Positions 1-12,900 of a stretch of DNA of 64,000 nucleotides are shown here, one piece after another. The position numbers and the translations under genes were made by a program. Location: the NCBI RefSeq assembly GCF_964355755.1, contig NC_092676.1:12154671-12218670 (forward strand). The letters are read 5' to 3'. How positions within the stretch are numbered: the stretch's first letter is position 1; the number at the start of each line of letters is the position of its first letter. The notes below the pieces were generated by a model. That model was not told where the DNA came from, searched no databases, and saw only the letters and a list, made by a program, of their open reading frames with translations. Origin of the DNA: Antedon mediterranea. Lineage: Eukaryota; Animalia; Echinodermata.

Positions 1-3000
1 ATGTTAACAAATTTTTTCGAAATGCACAAAATGGTCTAAAACGTCTCTAAATGCGATTTGAAGCTATTTTGTACACTTTGATGTTTTTGTTTGAAAAGTT
101 TTATCGAAATGCTCAAAATGGTCTAAAACGGTTTCAAATGTGATTTTAAGCACTTTGATTCGTAACCAAGTTTCATCGAAATGCACAAAATGGTCTAAAA
201 CGTCTCCAAATGCGATTTGAAGCATTTCTAAGCACTTTGGTGTTTTTATGTTAAAAAGTTTTTTCGAAATGCACAAAATGGTCTAAAACGTCTCCAAATG
301 CGATTTGAGGCTATTCTGTGCACTTTGATGTTTTTGTGTGAAAAGTTTTATCGACATGCTCAAAATGGTTTAAAACGATTTCAAACACGGTATTAAGCTA
401 TTTTGTGCAATTTGATGTTTTTGTGTGAAAAGTTTTATCGAAATGCACAAAATGGTCTAAAACCTCTCTAAATACGATTTGAAGCTATTTTGTACACTTT
501 GATGTTTTTGTGTGAAAAGTTTTTGCGAAATGCTCAAAATGCTCTAAAACGGTTTTAAATGTGATTTTAAGCACTTTGATGTTTTTGTGTAACCAAGTTT
601 CATCGAAATGCACAAAATGGTCTAAAACGTCTCGAAATGCAATTTGGAGATATTCTAAACACTTTGGTCTTTTTATGTTAACAAATGTTTTCGAAATGCA
701 CAAAATGGTCTAAAACGTCTCTAAATGCGATTTTAAGCTATTTTGTACACTTTGATGTTTTTGTGTGAAAAGTTTTATCGAAATGCTCAAAATGGTCTAA
801 AAAGCTTTCAAATACGATATTAATCTATTTTGTGCACTTTGATATTTGTGTGTGAAAAGTTTTATCGAAATGCTCAAAATGGTCTAAACGGTTTCAAATA
901 TGATTTTAAGCACTTTGATGTTTTTGTGTAACCAAGTTTCATCGAAATGCCCAAAATGGTCTAAAACGTCTCCAAATGCGATTTGAAGCATTTCTAAGCA
1001 ATTTGGTGTTTTTATGTTAAAAAGTTTTTTCGAAATGCACTAAATGGTCTAAAACGTCTCCAAATGCCATTTGAAGCTATTCTGTGCACTTTGATGTTTT
1101 TGTGTGAAAAGTGTTATCGACATGCTCAAAATGGTTTAAAACGTTTTCAAACGATATTAAACTATTTTGTGCAATTTGATATTTTTGTGTGAAAAGTTTT
1201 ATCGAAATGCACAAAATGGTCTAGAACATCTCTAAATGCGATTTGAAGTTATTTTGTACACTTTGATGTTTTTGTGTGAAAAGTTTTATCGAAATGCTCA
1301 AAATGGTCTAAAACGGTTTCAAATGTGATTTTAAGCACTTTGATGTTTTTGTGTAACCAAGTTTCATCGAAATGCACATAATGGTCTAAAACGTCTCCAA
1401 ATGCGATATTAAGCTAGTTTGTGCACTTTGATATTTGTGTGTGAAAAGTTTTATCGAAATGCTCAAAATGGTCTAAAACGGTTTCAAATGTGATTTTAAG
1501 CACTTTGATGTTTTTGTGTAACCAAGTTTCATCGAAATGCACAAAATGGTCTAAAACGTCTTCAAATGCGATTTGAAGCATTTCTAATCAATTTGGTGTT
1601 TTTATGTTAAAAAGTTTTTTCGAAAATCACAAAATGGTCTCAAACGTCTCCCAATGCGATTTGAAGCTATTCTATGCACTTCTATGTTTTTATGTTAACA
1701 AGTTTTTTTCGAAATGCACAAAATGGACTAAAACGTCTCCAAATGCGATTTGAAGCTATTCTGTTCATTTTTATGTTTTTGTGTGAAAAGTGTTATCGAC
1801 ATGCTCAAAATGGTCTAAAACGTTTTCAAACACGATATTAAGCTATTTTGTACAATTTGATGTTTTTGTGTGAAAAGTTTTATCAAATTGCACAAAATGG
1901 TCTAAAACATCTCTAAATGCGATTTGAAGCTATTTTGTGCACTTTGATTCTTTTGTGTGAAAAGTTTTATCGAAATGCACAAAAGTGTCTAAAACGTCTC
2001 CAAATGCGATTTGAAGCTGTTCTGTGCACTTTGATGTTTTTGTGTGAAAAGTTTTATCAACATGCTCAAAATGGTTTAAAACGATTTAAAACACGGTATT
2101 AAGTTATTTTGTGCAATTTGATGTTTTTGTGTGAAAAGTTTTATCGAAATGCACAAAATGGTCTAAAACCTCTCTAAATGCGATTTGAAGCTATTTTGTA
2201 CACTTTGATGTTTTTGTGTGAAAAGTTTTATCGAAATGCTCAAAATGCTCTAAAACGGTTTTAAATATTTTGTATTGTATGGAGTGAGTGCAGAATCTGT
2301 TTGGGCTTTAGCCTATTCTCATTCCTGGTTATTTTTACATTGATGACCGAATAAATATTATTATTATTATTATTATTAAATGTGATTTTAAGCACTTTGA
2401 TGTTTTTGTGTAACCAAGTTTCATCGAAATGCACAAAATTGTCTAAAACGTCTCTAAATGCGATTTCGAGATATTCTAAACACTTTGGTCTTTTTATTTT
2501 AAACAAATTTTTTCGAAATGCACAAAATGGTCTAAAACGTCTCTAAATGCGATTTGAAGCTATATTGTACACTTTGATGTTTTTGTGTGAAAAGTTTTAT
2601 CGAAATGCTAAAAATGGTCTAAAACGCTTTAAAATACGATATTAAGCTATTTTGTGCACTTTGATATTTGTGTGTGAAAAGTTTTATCGAAATGCTCAAA
2701 ATGGTCTAAACGGTTTCAAATGTGATTTTAAGCACTTTGATGTTTTTGTGTAACCAAGTTTCATCGAAATGCACAAAATGGTCTAAAACGTCTCCAAATG
2801 CGATTTGAAGCATTTCTAAGGACTTTGGTGTTTTTATGTTAAAAAGTTTTTTCGAAAATCACAAAACGGTCTAAAACGTCTCCAAATGCGATTTGAAGCT
2901 ATTCTAAGCACTTCGATGTTTTTATGTTAACAAGTTTTTTCGAAATGCACAGAATGGTATAAAACGTCTCCAAATGCCATTTGAAGCTATTCTGTGCACT

Positions 3001-5022
3001 TTGATGTTTTTGTGTGAAAAGTTTTATTGACATGCTCAAAATGGTTTAAAACGTTTTCAAACACGATATTAAGCTATTTTGTGCAATTTGATGTTTTTGT
3101 GTGAAAAGTTTTACCGAAATGCACAAAATGGTCTAAAACGTCTCTAAATGCGATTTGAAGTTATTTTGTACACTTTGATGTTTTTGTGTGAAAAGTGTTA
3201 TCGAAATGCACAAAAATGGTCTAAAACGGTTTCAAATGTGATTTTATGCACTTTGATGTTTTTGTGTAATCAAGTTTCATCGAAATGCACAAAATGGTCT
3301 AAAACGTCTCCAAATACGATTTGAAGCATTTCTAAGCACTTTGGTGTTTTTATGTTAAAAAGTTTTTTCGAAAATCACAAAATGGTCTAAAACGTCTCCA
3401 AATGCGATTTGAAGCTATTCTGTGCACTTTGATGTTTTTGTGTCAAAAGTTTTATCGACATGCTCAAAATGGTCTAAAACGTCTTCAAACACGATATTAA
3501 GCTATTTTGTGCAATTTGATGTTTTTTTTGTGAAAAGTTTTATCGAAATTCACAAAATTTTCTAAAACGTCTCTAAATGCGATTTGAAGCTATTTTGTGC
3601 ACTTTGATGTTTTTTGTAAAAAGTTTTATCGAAATGCTCAAAATGCTCTAAAACGGTCAAATGTGATTTTAAGCACTTTGATGTTTTTGTGTAACCAAGT
3701 TTCATCGAAATGCACAAAATGGTATAAAACGTCTCTAAATGCGATTTGAAGCTATTTTGTGCACTTTGATGTTTTTGTGTGAAAAGTTTTATCGAAATGC
3801 TTAAAATGCTCTAAAACGGTTTTAAATGTGATTTTAAGCACTTTGATGTTTTTGTGTAACCAAGTTTCATCGCAATGCACAAAGTGGTCTAAAACGCCTC
3901 CAAATGCCATTTGAAGATATTCTAAACACTTTGCTCTTTTTATGTTAACACATTTTTTCGAAATGCACAAAATGTTCTAAAACGTCTCCAAATGCAATTT
4001 GAAGCTATTCTGTACACCTTGATATTTTGTGTAACCAAGTTTCATCGAAATGCACAAAATGGTCTAAAACGTCTCCAAATGCGATTTGAAGCATTTCTAA
4101 GCACTTTGGTGTTTTTATGTTAAAAAGTTTTTTCGAAATGCACAAAATGGTCTAAAATGTCTCCAAATTCGATTTGAAGCTATTCTGTGCACTTTGATGT
4201 TTTTGTGTGAAAAGTTTTATCGACATGCTCAAAATGGTTTAAAACGATTTCAAACACGGTATTAAGCTATTTTGTGCAATTTGATGTTTTTGTGTGAAAA
4301 GTTTTATCGAAATGCACAAAATGGTCTAAAACCTCTCTAAATGCAATTTGAAGCTGTTTTAAGCACTTTGATGTTTTTGTGTAACCAAGATTCATCGAAA
4401 CGCACAAAATGGTCTAAAACGTCTCCAAATGCGATTTGAAGCTATTTTGTACACTTTGATGTTTTTGTTTGAAAAGTTTTATCGAAATGCACAAAATGGT
4501 CTAAAACCTCTCTAAATGCGATTTGAAGCTATTTTGTACACTTTGATGTTTTTGTGTGAAAAGTTTTATCGAAATGCTCAAAATGCTCTAAAACGGTTTT
4601 AAATGTGATTTTAAGCACTTTGATGTTTTTGTGTAACCAAGTTTCATCGAAATGCACAAAATGGTCTAAAACGTCTCCAAATACGATTTGAAGCATTTCT
4701 AAGCACTTTGGTGTTTTTATGTTAAAAAGTTTTTTCGAAAATTACAAAATGGTCTACAACGTCTCCAAATGCGATTTGAAGCTATTCTGTGCACTTTGAT
4801 GTTTTTGTGTCAAAAGTTTTATCGACATGCTCAAAATGGTCTAAAACGTCTTCAAATACGATATTAAGCTATTTTGTGCAATTTGAAGTTTTTTTTGTGA
4901 AAAGTATTATCGAAATGCACAAAATTTTCTAAAACGTCTTTAAATGCGATTTGAAGCTGTTTTGTGCACTTCGATGTTTTTGTGTGAAAAGTTTTATCGA
5001 AATGCTCAAAATGCCCTAAAAC
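1..5022 (-). repeat. Satellite DNA array (87/88/78-bp monomer family), reverse orientation
   Basis: Continuous tandem units such as atcgaaatgcacaaaatggtctaaaacgtctctaaatgcgatttgaagctattttgtacactttgatgtttttgtgtgaaaagtttt, which is the reverse complement of the monomer seen from 13807 onward. Confidence 0.98.
2267..2375 (+). mobile_element. 5'-truncated non-LTR retroelement or SINE 3' end with (TAT)n tail, inserted in a satellite monomer
   Basis: 109 bp of non-satellite sequence interrupts aaacggttttaaat|gtgattttaag. TTAAAT is duplicated at 2261-2266 and 2376-2381. AATAAA at 2350-2355 is followed by about 7 TAT units. Confidence 0.8.
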
Positions 5023-5456
5023 CACCCGATTCTGCTTCTGTCCACACGTGCTATCTGTAAAACTATAGCAAGTTATACACGTTGCTGTCTGCTATAAATG
5101 CTATACTTTTAACACACGGTACACTGTCTGTAGCACAGTGTGTGTTGACAATTTACAATGATGTACAACCATAGGCAGGTTTTCGTACTGCTATGCAAGA
5201 ATGGATAGGTGTTTTCCGCCACTTTTGGGCCTTCTAGTCAATTATTGTTATTATTATACGAATTACGTAATTAGTCTAGTAGCTCATCTACCTTTTTAGC
5301 AGGGCATAATGAATATTGTAGCTAGGCTAGGCTTACTAGTCTAGCGGGAAATCAACCAATTATTTGGTTGGATACGAGTTTAGGGTAGGAAGTTAAGTAC
5401 GAGTTGGCATGGGTACGAGTCGAGCCAGGGGTGAATCGACCAGAGTACACCCGGCC

Positions 5457-6239
5457 ACCAGAAGTGATTACATTTTACACAAGTGCGGTACGATTCTAGG
5501 CCTATCTCCGCTGTGGTTGCCACGTGCGATTTCATAATAGAATAGCGGCGTTTTGTGTGGATTGTCGAAATAATCAGCCTTTAGTTTATGGTGTTTTTAA
5601 TATAATTTATTCCTAAAGAATTACGTGTTAAAATTATAGTTTCTATTGATACTATTAGGCCTAATTACTAGTCTCTAAACCCATGTCTATTCTAGTAGTA
5701 GCTGTGTTGGTGTGTGTGACGTGTGTGTTAGTTTAGTTATGACACAGTCAGAGTAATAAGTCAGCAAAATTAAACAATAAACATTACACAAAAATACATT
5801 TTTTATTCTCGTGGGTCTAATCTTCCCATCTCATGTGTTCATATACGCGCATTTTTTTAAGTTCCTTTGAGTACATGCATATTGTTTGATAATAAAATAG
5901 CAGAATTAAAAAATTACAGTAAACAAATTATACACATTCTTTATTCTTGTGGGTCTAAGCTTTCTTTGGGCTATGTCCAATGAATTACTACTTAGTTTAA
6001 TGTCTTGCCTAGCTGTCGATTAGCCTCGACTCGAAGAAGAGTGCACGAAGGCAATCACGTGAATTGACTTAGAATCCTAGGCCTACTGTAGAAAGTATCG
6101 TATCGCAGTTGTGTAATCACTTCTTGTTGCTATACGCTTGGGTTCACACGGAACAACAAATTGAACTGATGAATTATTCATGTTTATTTTGTGACGTTTC
6201 ATGAGGGGTCCCCAACTTAGGTACGGAAAAATAAATCGC
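5457..6239. other. 783-bp segment present only in the left arm, bounded by 9-bp direct repeat CACCCGGCC (insertion with target duplication, or deletion in the right arm)
   Basis: CACCCGGCC at 5448-5456 and 6240-6248. The right arm (about 13361-13390, gctctagtagggcggccgggtgtactctgg) has one copy and joins the flanks directly. Confidence 0.85.
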
Positions 6240-6585
6240 CACCCGGCCGCCCTACTAGAGCATAGGCTACAGGCCTGCAGGAATGGGAAATCTGTCCTAG
6301 CTATAGGCATAGGCCTACATTGAGACGCTCAAAAAAGCCATCCTATGAGCATAAAAAGGCCTCGTAGAGCCAGACATGTTAACATATACTACACAGTACT
6401 AGTACGTCTACCATTTATTATAGTTCCATGGTACTAAGGATCACTACACTACTATCTAGGTCTAGTAGGCTAGGGTAGGGTTCCAGTAATTTCGGTCGCG
6501 TTTTTTCAGGAGGGCATGTGAGAGGTGAGGTAGGTTAGCCCAGCTAGGCTAAACTAACATGTAAGTAGTATTCTACCATGGGATT

Positions 6586-6722
6586 GGAACGAGTCGGCAT
6601 GGGGGTGGGTACGGGTTGATCTTTATCCGTATTCTAGGGTGCTGGTCAACCCGTAACCTACCCATGTCAACTCGAACCAAACTTGGCTAACTCGTACCCA
6701 AATAATTGGTCAACTCGTACCA
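6586..6722. repeat. Oppositely oriented clusters of short GTACGAGTTGA-like motifs resembling DNA-transposon subterminal repeats (mirrored at about 12898-13034)
   Basis: gaacgagtcgg and gtacgggttga are followed by tcaacccgtaac, tcaactcgaac, taactcgtacc and tcaactcgtacc at about 21-bp spacing. A further cluster lies at 5370-5425. Confidence 0.6.
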
Positions 6723-9700
6723 ATAGCTTTATAGCTTTATTGATAGCTGGGTTCAAATCTAGGTTGGGACGGTTTTTTCTCATTCTAAAACAGATTTCCT
6801 TATAATAATAAAATAATATCGACCTATGAATTTAACTGTAATATTGTATTGTATACATAATATTAGTAGTAATAGCAATTCCCATTGCATTTATTATTAT
6901 AATATATTTTACGGTTACCCCTTAATTATACTATACTAGTATAACTTCCTTGTTATATTTTATAATATTTTTTTCATAATTCAACAATTTTTTTTCACAG
7001 CTAATTATCAAACTGAATCATCACACACCAAATCTCATGAAATCTCTAGTGTATTTCTCCAAGCTAATCCAGCTACATGGTATTGCCTTGAGGCTAAACT
7101 ACACTGTATACTGGGCACTACCATCATTCCTGGCCCGTCAACCTGGACCACATTATGGTCCAACACAGTCGTGCACTACTGATTCCAAATAGTGAATTGC
7201 ATCCTGTGTCAAGGATTTATTTGCACTTATGCTTATTTCCTCCAACATACAGAGTACGTTGGGCTTTTAATTTGCTTTTATACCTGTTAATTAAAAAATC
7301 GTGTATGCCTATTGTTGCATAAAGATCAAATTTAGACTGTAAATACTGGGATGATCACCCTAAATTTTCTTTTTCATTTAACAATTTTATATTTCACAGC
7401 CAGAAAAAAGCATACAGGGTTTTTTTTATTCATAACTGTTGAATTGCATCCCAATACATGGTACCTATTGGTATTATATCTATAATAATAAAGTACTCTC
7501 TTATAAATAGATGTATCTCTCCAAACTACCTAATCTAATAATAGTACTATTAGCATACTACTGTACACTTTGTAGACAAGAAATAAGTTGTATCCACCTA
7601 GAGGACTTATGTTAGTACTGTACAGTTGATCGTCCTCTCACTGGTCTGGTCAACATAATCTACGCCTAGATTATTACAGTAATTAAAGTACATTATTACA
7701 GAGATTTTTTTTTTTCAGAAATCAAAGTTATGTGTATAGAAAGCAGTACTCGTATTTAAAACTAAGCAGGTTGTACTGAACGCAAACTAACAGGAAACTT
7801 TTGAATATTTTTTGTTGTTGAAAATGATGGAATCCTAACTTCAATTTCCACGAACTGGAGACGAAGACATATTACGACCCTTTTATTTAAATTTATTTGG
7901 ATAGACCTCCATGTAAATTCATTAAAGGCTATATGATTGTTTTATATTTTAATATGTGATAGTAGAAAATCATTGTGTATAATGAGGACTATGAATCTGA
8001 TATTTACTTGCATTCTCATCTTTTTAAAATTTTATTTATAATGCTGGTAATGAATTTACTATTTAAAAAGTCATGTGTCCACTTATCTCAAATTGTGGCA
8101 CACCTCTAACCTTTGTAATAATAATAAAAATAATAAGATTTTTATAGCGCACATACCACTCCAGAGTGCTCAAGAACTGACTGTGTTCTATATGAGTACA
8201 TTTAATTTGCCATATAGTAGTGTTTCCACCATACTTCAACCTGGTAATTGAATACATTTCATCGGGGTAAAATTATCACCTTTAACATAAAGTATCCTCC
8301 TGAAACATGTATTTGTACTGTACTGCATCTACTATTCATTTAATTACTTAATACTAATTTGGGTGATTTATGTCTTAACTTCAGGAATGATCTGAGGCTA
8401 GAAGAACGAATTTCTGCACATATAATTTATATAAAAAATAAACCAATGTTTTCCTAAAAATTTAACCCCTAGGTAGATAACTAACAAAGAAATTATTGAA
8501 ATTGTGTTCTCACAATATATGTGTACTGTATCTACATATGCATACTGCTGTACTTGTTTTTAACCGCATAATGGCATTAACAAAAAAGAATGTTTTATAA
8601 TTATTATGTTATTTCCAAATATTAAAGGTCTGAAACAGAAACTAAATGTTACCAAACTATGTTTTTGAAAATCTCTATGATATAATATAACAATATGAAC
8701 ATAATATTAAATTATATTGACTATTTTTGATAATCATCATGTCCTTATAAATTCATTTATATTTCTTTTGTGTAATATAGTTCATATATTATGTATTAAA
8801 TAAATTGGTAAGGCCCTATACTGTTTATATTTAAGGAAAGTTTATATACACTATTATTTTATGCCTACCAATATTAGTATTAATTGTTTATGTAAATATT
8901 TTGTCTAATTGCATTGATTTTTTGTATAGGTCAATGGCATTAATGTTTTCTCAAATCAAATTAGCCTAATAATGCCATATTTAGAAACACAATTCATTGA
9001 TTTCTGATATTCTGTACTTGTGTATGCATTACTAAAATAGTAGTTATTTTATTTCATTTATAATGTATGTATAAACTTTTATTCAGTTTTTTTGGACATT
9101 TTTGAGTTTAAAAATTATTAAAATACCTATCTACCTTTCTGTTATTGTTACTATTATAATATTTTTTGAGGCAGATTGATTTCAATAAAAAAATTTTAAA
9201 CAATTAATTTGATTTATACTGTACTATGTTAGTTCAGGAGATGAAGTGTGTGTTGGTAGAATCTGGTGTGTTGGAGGTTGGTGATGTGAGGTGTATTTTT
9301 GTCACTTTAAGACCTAAATTAGATGTTTTCTGAAGATAGGCTTTCAAACAACTCCAAGAAGATTCACACAAAAATAATTACTTCCCAATAAAAGAGTATG
9401 TAACAGTGTATATTACACTACATTGAATAAACTCGAGCGGAAAAATAACACACATAAAAAATAATTCATTTCCTTGTCGAAAAGCGCCCTCTCTAGTTTT
9501 CTATTAATTTATTAATAATTATTATTAATTAATGAGTAATATAAACTTATTTTTAACATTTAATGCTGGAAGCTGATTCTACTCCTAACAAGGTGTCATA
9601 CCTCCAAATTTCGTCAACGTATTCAAAGCACTTCAATAAATATCACATTGAACATTAAAAATTAGGGTTATGGATAGAATTTTGCTTAAAAACATATACA

Positions 9701-9948
9701 AAAAACATCGATAAAAAATACTTTTCGAATTTAAAAACATTTGAAACTTCTTTTATATGTTCAATATAGGTTGCTCTATTCACAGAAACAAAAAGTTTTT
9801 TGTTGGTTGTTTCTTTCAAAATCATTATTAGGTTTAAAAAATGCATTGGAATTGTATGGTCTTTCATAAGTGTACATTTTGTAGAAACGTAAATTTAAAA
9901 AATCAGTAATATGGCTTGATAGTTATTTTTTTTTTTGCAATATGGATG

Positions 9949-12900
9949 GAGCAACCTATATTGAACATTTATACCAAGTATCAAATGTTTTTGAATACGA
10001 AAACTATTTTTTATCGATGTTTTTTGTATATGTTTTAAGCAAAATTCTATCCATAACCCTAATTTTTAATGTTCAATGTGATATCTATTGAAGTGCTTTG
10101 AATACGTTGATGAAATTTGGAGGTATGAAACTTTGTTTGGAGTAGAATCAGCTTCCAGCATCAAATGTTAAAAATATGTTCATATTACTCATTAATTAAT
10201 AATAATTATTAATAAATTAATAGAAAACTAGAGAGGGCGTTTTCGACAAGGAAATGAATGTTTTTTTATGTGTGTTATTTTTCCGCTCGAATTCATTCAA
10301 TGTACTTTAATATACACTATTACATACTATTTTATTGGGAAGCCTATTCACTTCTTTTCTTCAGAAAACATCTCATTTAGGTCTTAAAGTCACAAAAATA
10401 CACCTCACATCACCAACCTCAAACACACCAGATTCTACCAACACACACTTCATCTTCACACATCTCCTGAACTAACATAGTACAGTATAAGTCAAATTAA
10501 ATGTTTTAAATTTTTTTATTGAAATCAATCTTCTGCAAAAAATATTATAATAGTAACAATAACAGAAAGGTTGATAGGTATTTTAATATTTTTTAAACTT
10601 AAAAAGGTAAAAAAAAAACTGAATAAATGTTTATACATACATTATAAATGGAATAAAATAACTACTATTTTAGTAATGCATACACAAGTAAAGAATATCA
10701 GAAATCAATGAATTATGTGTCTAAATATGGCATTATTAGGCCAATTTGCTTTGAGAAAAACATTAAGGCCATTGGCCTATACAAAAAATCAATGCAATAA
10801 GACAAAATAGTTACATAAACAATTAATACTAATATTGGTAGGTATAAAATAATAGTGTATATAAACTTTCCTTAAATATAAACAGTATAGGGCCTTACCA
10901 ATTTATTTAATACATAATATATGAACTATATTACACAAAAGAAATATAAATGAATTTATAAGGACATGATTATCAATATAATTTAATATTATGTTCATAT
11001 TATTATATTATATCATAGAGATTTTTAAAAACATAGTTTGGTAACATTTAGTTTCTGTTTCAGACCTTTAATATTTGGAAATAACCTATAATAATTATAA
11101 AACATTCTTGTTTTCAATGCCATTATGCGGTTAAAAACAAGTACAGCAGCATGCATGTGTAGATACAGTACACCTATATATTGTGAGAACATAATTTCAA
11201 TAATTTCTTTGTTAGTTATCAACCTAGGGGTTAAATTATTAGCAAAACATTGGTTTATTTTTTATATGTGTACAGAAATTCGTTCTTCTAGCCTCAGATC
11301 ATTCCTGAAGTTAGACATAAATCACATAAATTAGTATTAAGTAATGGATATTAGATGAAGTATAGTACAAATACATGTTTCAGGAGGATACTTTATGTTA
11401 AAGGTGATAATTAGTTTAAATGTTACCCCAATGAAATTTATTCAATTACCAGGTTGAAGTAGTCTGGTGGAAACACTACTATATGTACTCATGTAGAACA
11501 CAGTCAGTTCTACCAAAGTTAGAGGTGGGTGCCAACATTTGAGATAAGTGGAAACATGACCTTTTCAATAGTAAATTCATTACCAGCATTATAAATAAAA
11601 TGTTAAAAAGATGAGAATGCAAGTAAATATTAGATTCATAGTCCTCATTATGCACAATGGTTTTCTACTATCACATTATTAAAATATAAAGCAATCATAT
11701 AGCCTTTAATGAATTTACATGGAGGTCTATCCAAATAAATTTAAATAAAAGGGTCGTAATATGTCTTTGTCTCCAGTTCATGGAAAATGAACAAAAAATA
11801 TTCAAAATATCCTGCCAGTTTGCGTTCAGTACAACCTGCTTAGTTTTTAATACGAGTACTGCTTTCTATACAAATAACTTTGATTTCTGCAACAACAAAA
11901 AAATCTCTGTAATAATAGTACTTTTTAATTACTGTAATAATCTAGGCATAGATTATGTTGACCAGGCCAGTGAGAGGACGATCGACTGTACAGTACTACT
12001 ATAAGTCCTCTAGGTGGATACAACTTATTTCTTGTCTACAAAGTGTACGGTAGTATGCTAATAGTACTATTATTAGATTAGGTAGTTGGAGTAGTTTGGA
12101 GAGATACATCTATTTATAAGAGAGTACTTTATATTTATAGATATAATACCAATAGGTACCATGTATTGGGATGCAATTCAACAGTTATGAATAAAAAAAA
12201 CCCTGTATGCTTTTTTCTGGCTGTGAAATATAAAATTGTTAAATGAAAAAGAAAATTTAGGGTGATCATCCCAGTATTTACAGTCTAAATTTGATCTTTA
12301 TGCAACAATAGGCATAAACGATTTTTTATTTAACAGGTATAAAAGCAAATTAAAAGCCCTACGTACTCTGTATGTTGGAGGAAATAAGCATAAGTGCAAA
12401 TAAATCCTTGACACAGGATGCAATTCACTATTTGGAATCAGTAGTACACGACTGTGTTGGACCATAATGTGGTCCAGGTTGACGGGCCAGGAATGATGGT
12501 AGTGCCCAGTATACAGTGTAGTTTAGCCTCAAGGCAATACCATGTAGCTGGATTAGCTTGGAGAAATACACTAGAGATTTCATGAGATTTGGTGTGTGAT
12601 GATTCAGTTTGATAATTAGCTGTGAAAAAAAATTGTTGAATTATGAAGAAAATATTGTAAAATATAACAAGGAAGTTATACTAGTATAGTATAATTAAGG
12701 GGAAACCGTAAAATATATTATAATAATAAATGCAATGGGAATTACTATTACTACTAATATTATGTATACAATACAATATTACAGTTAAATTCATAGGTCG
12801 ATATTATTTTATTATTATAAGGAAATCTGTTTTAGAATGAGAAAAAACCGTCCCAACCTAGATTTGAACCCAGCTATCAATAAAGCTATAAAGCTATTGG

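Larger units (their letters stand above)
5023..9776 (+). repeat. Left arm of palindrome
   Basis: Reverse complement of 9949-13806, plus one large extra segment (5457-6239) and several small indels. Confidence 0.95.

Noticed and set aside
8063-12004. Short ORFs in the palindrome arms
   Set aside because: They are not preserved in the mirror arm, are AT-rich and show no recognisable domains.
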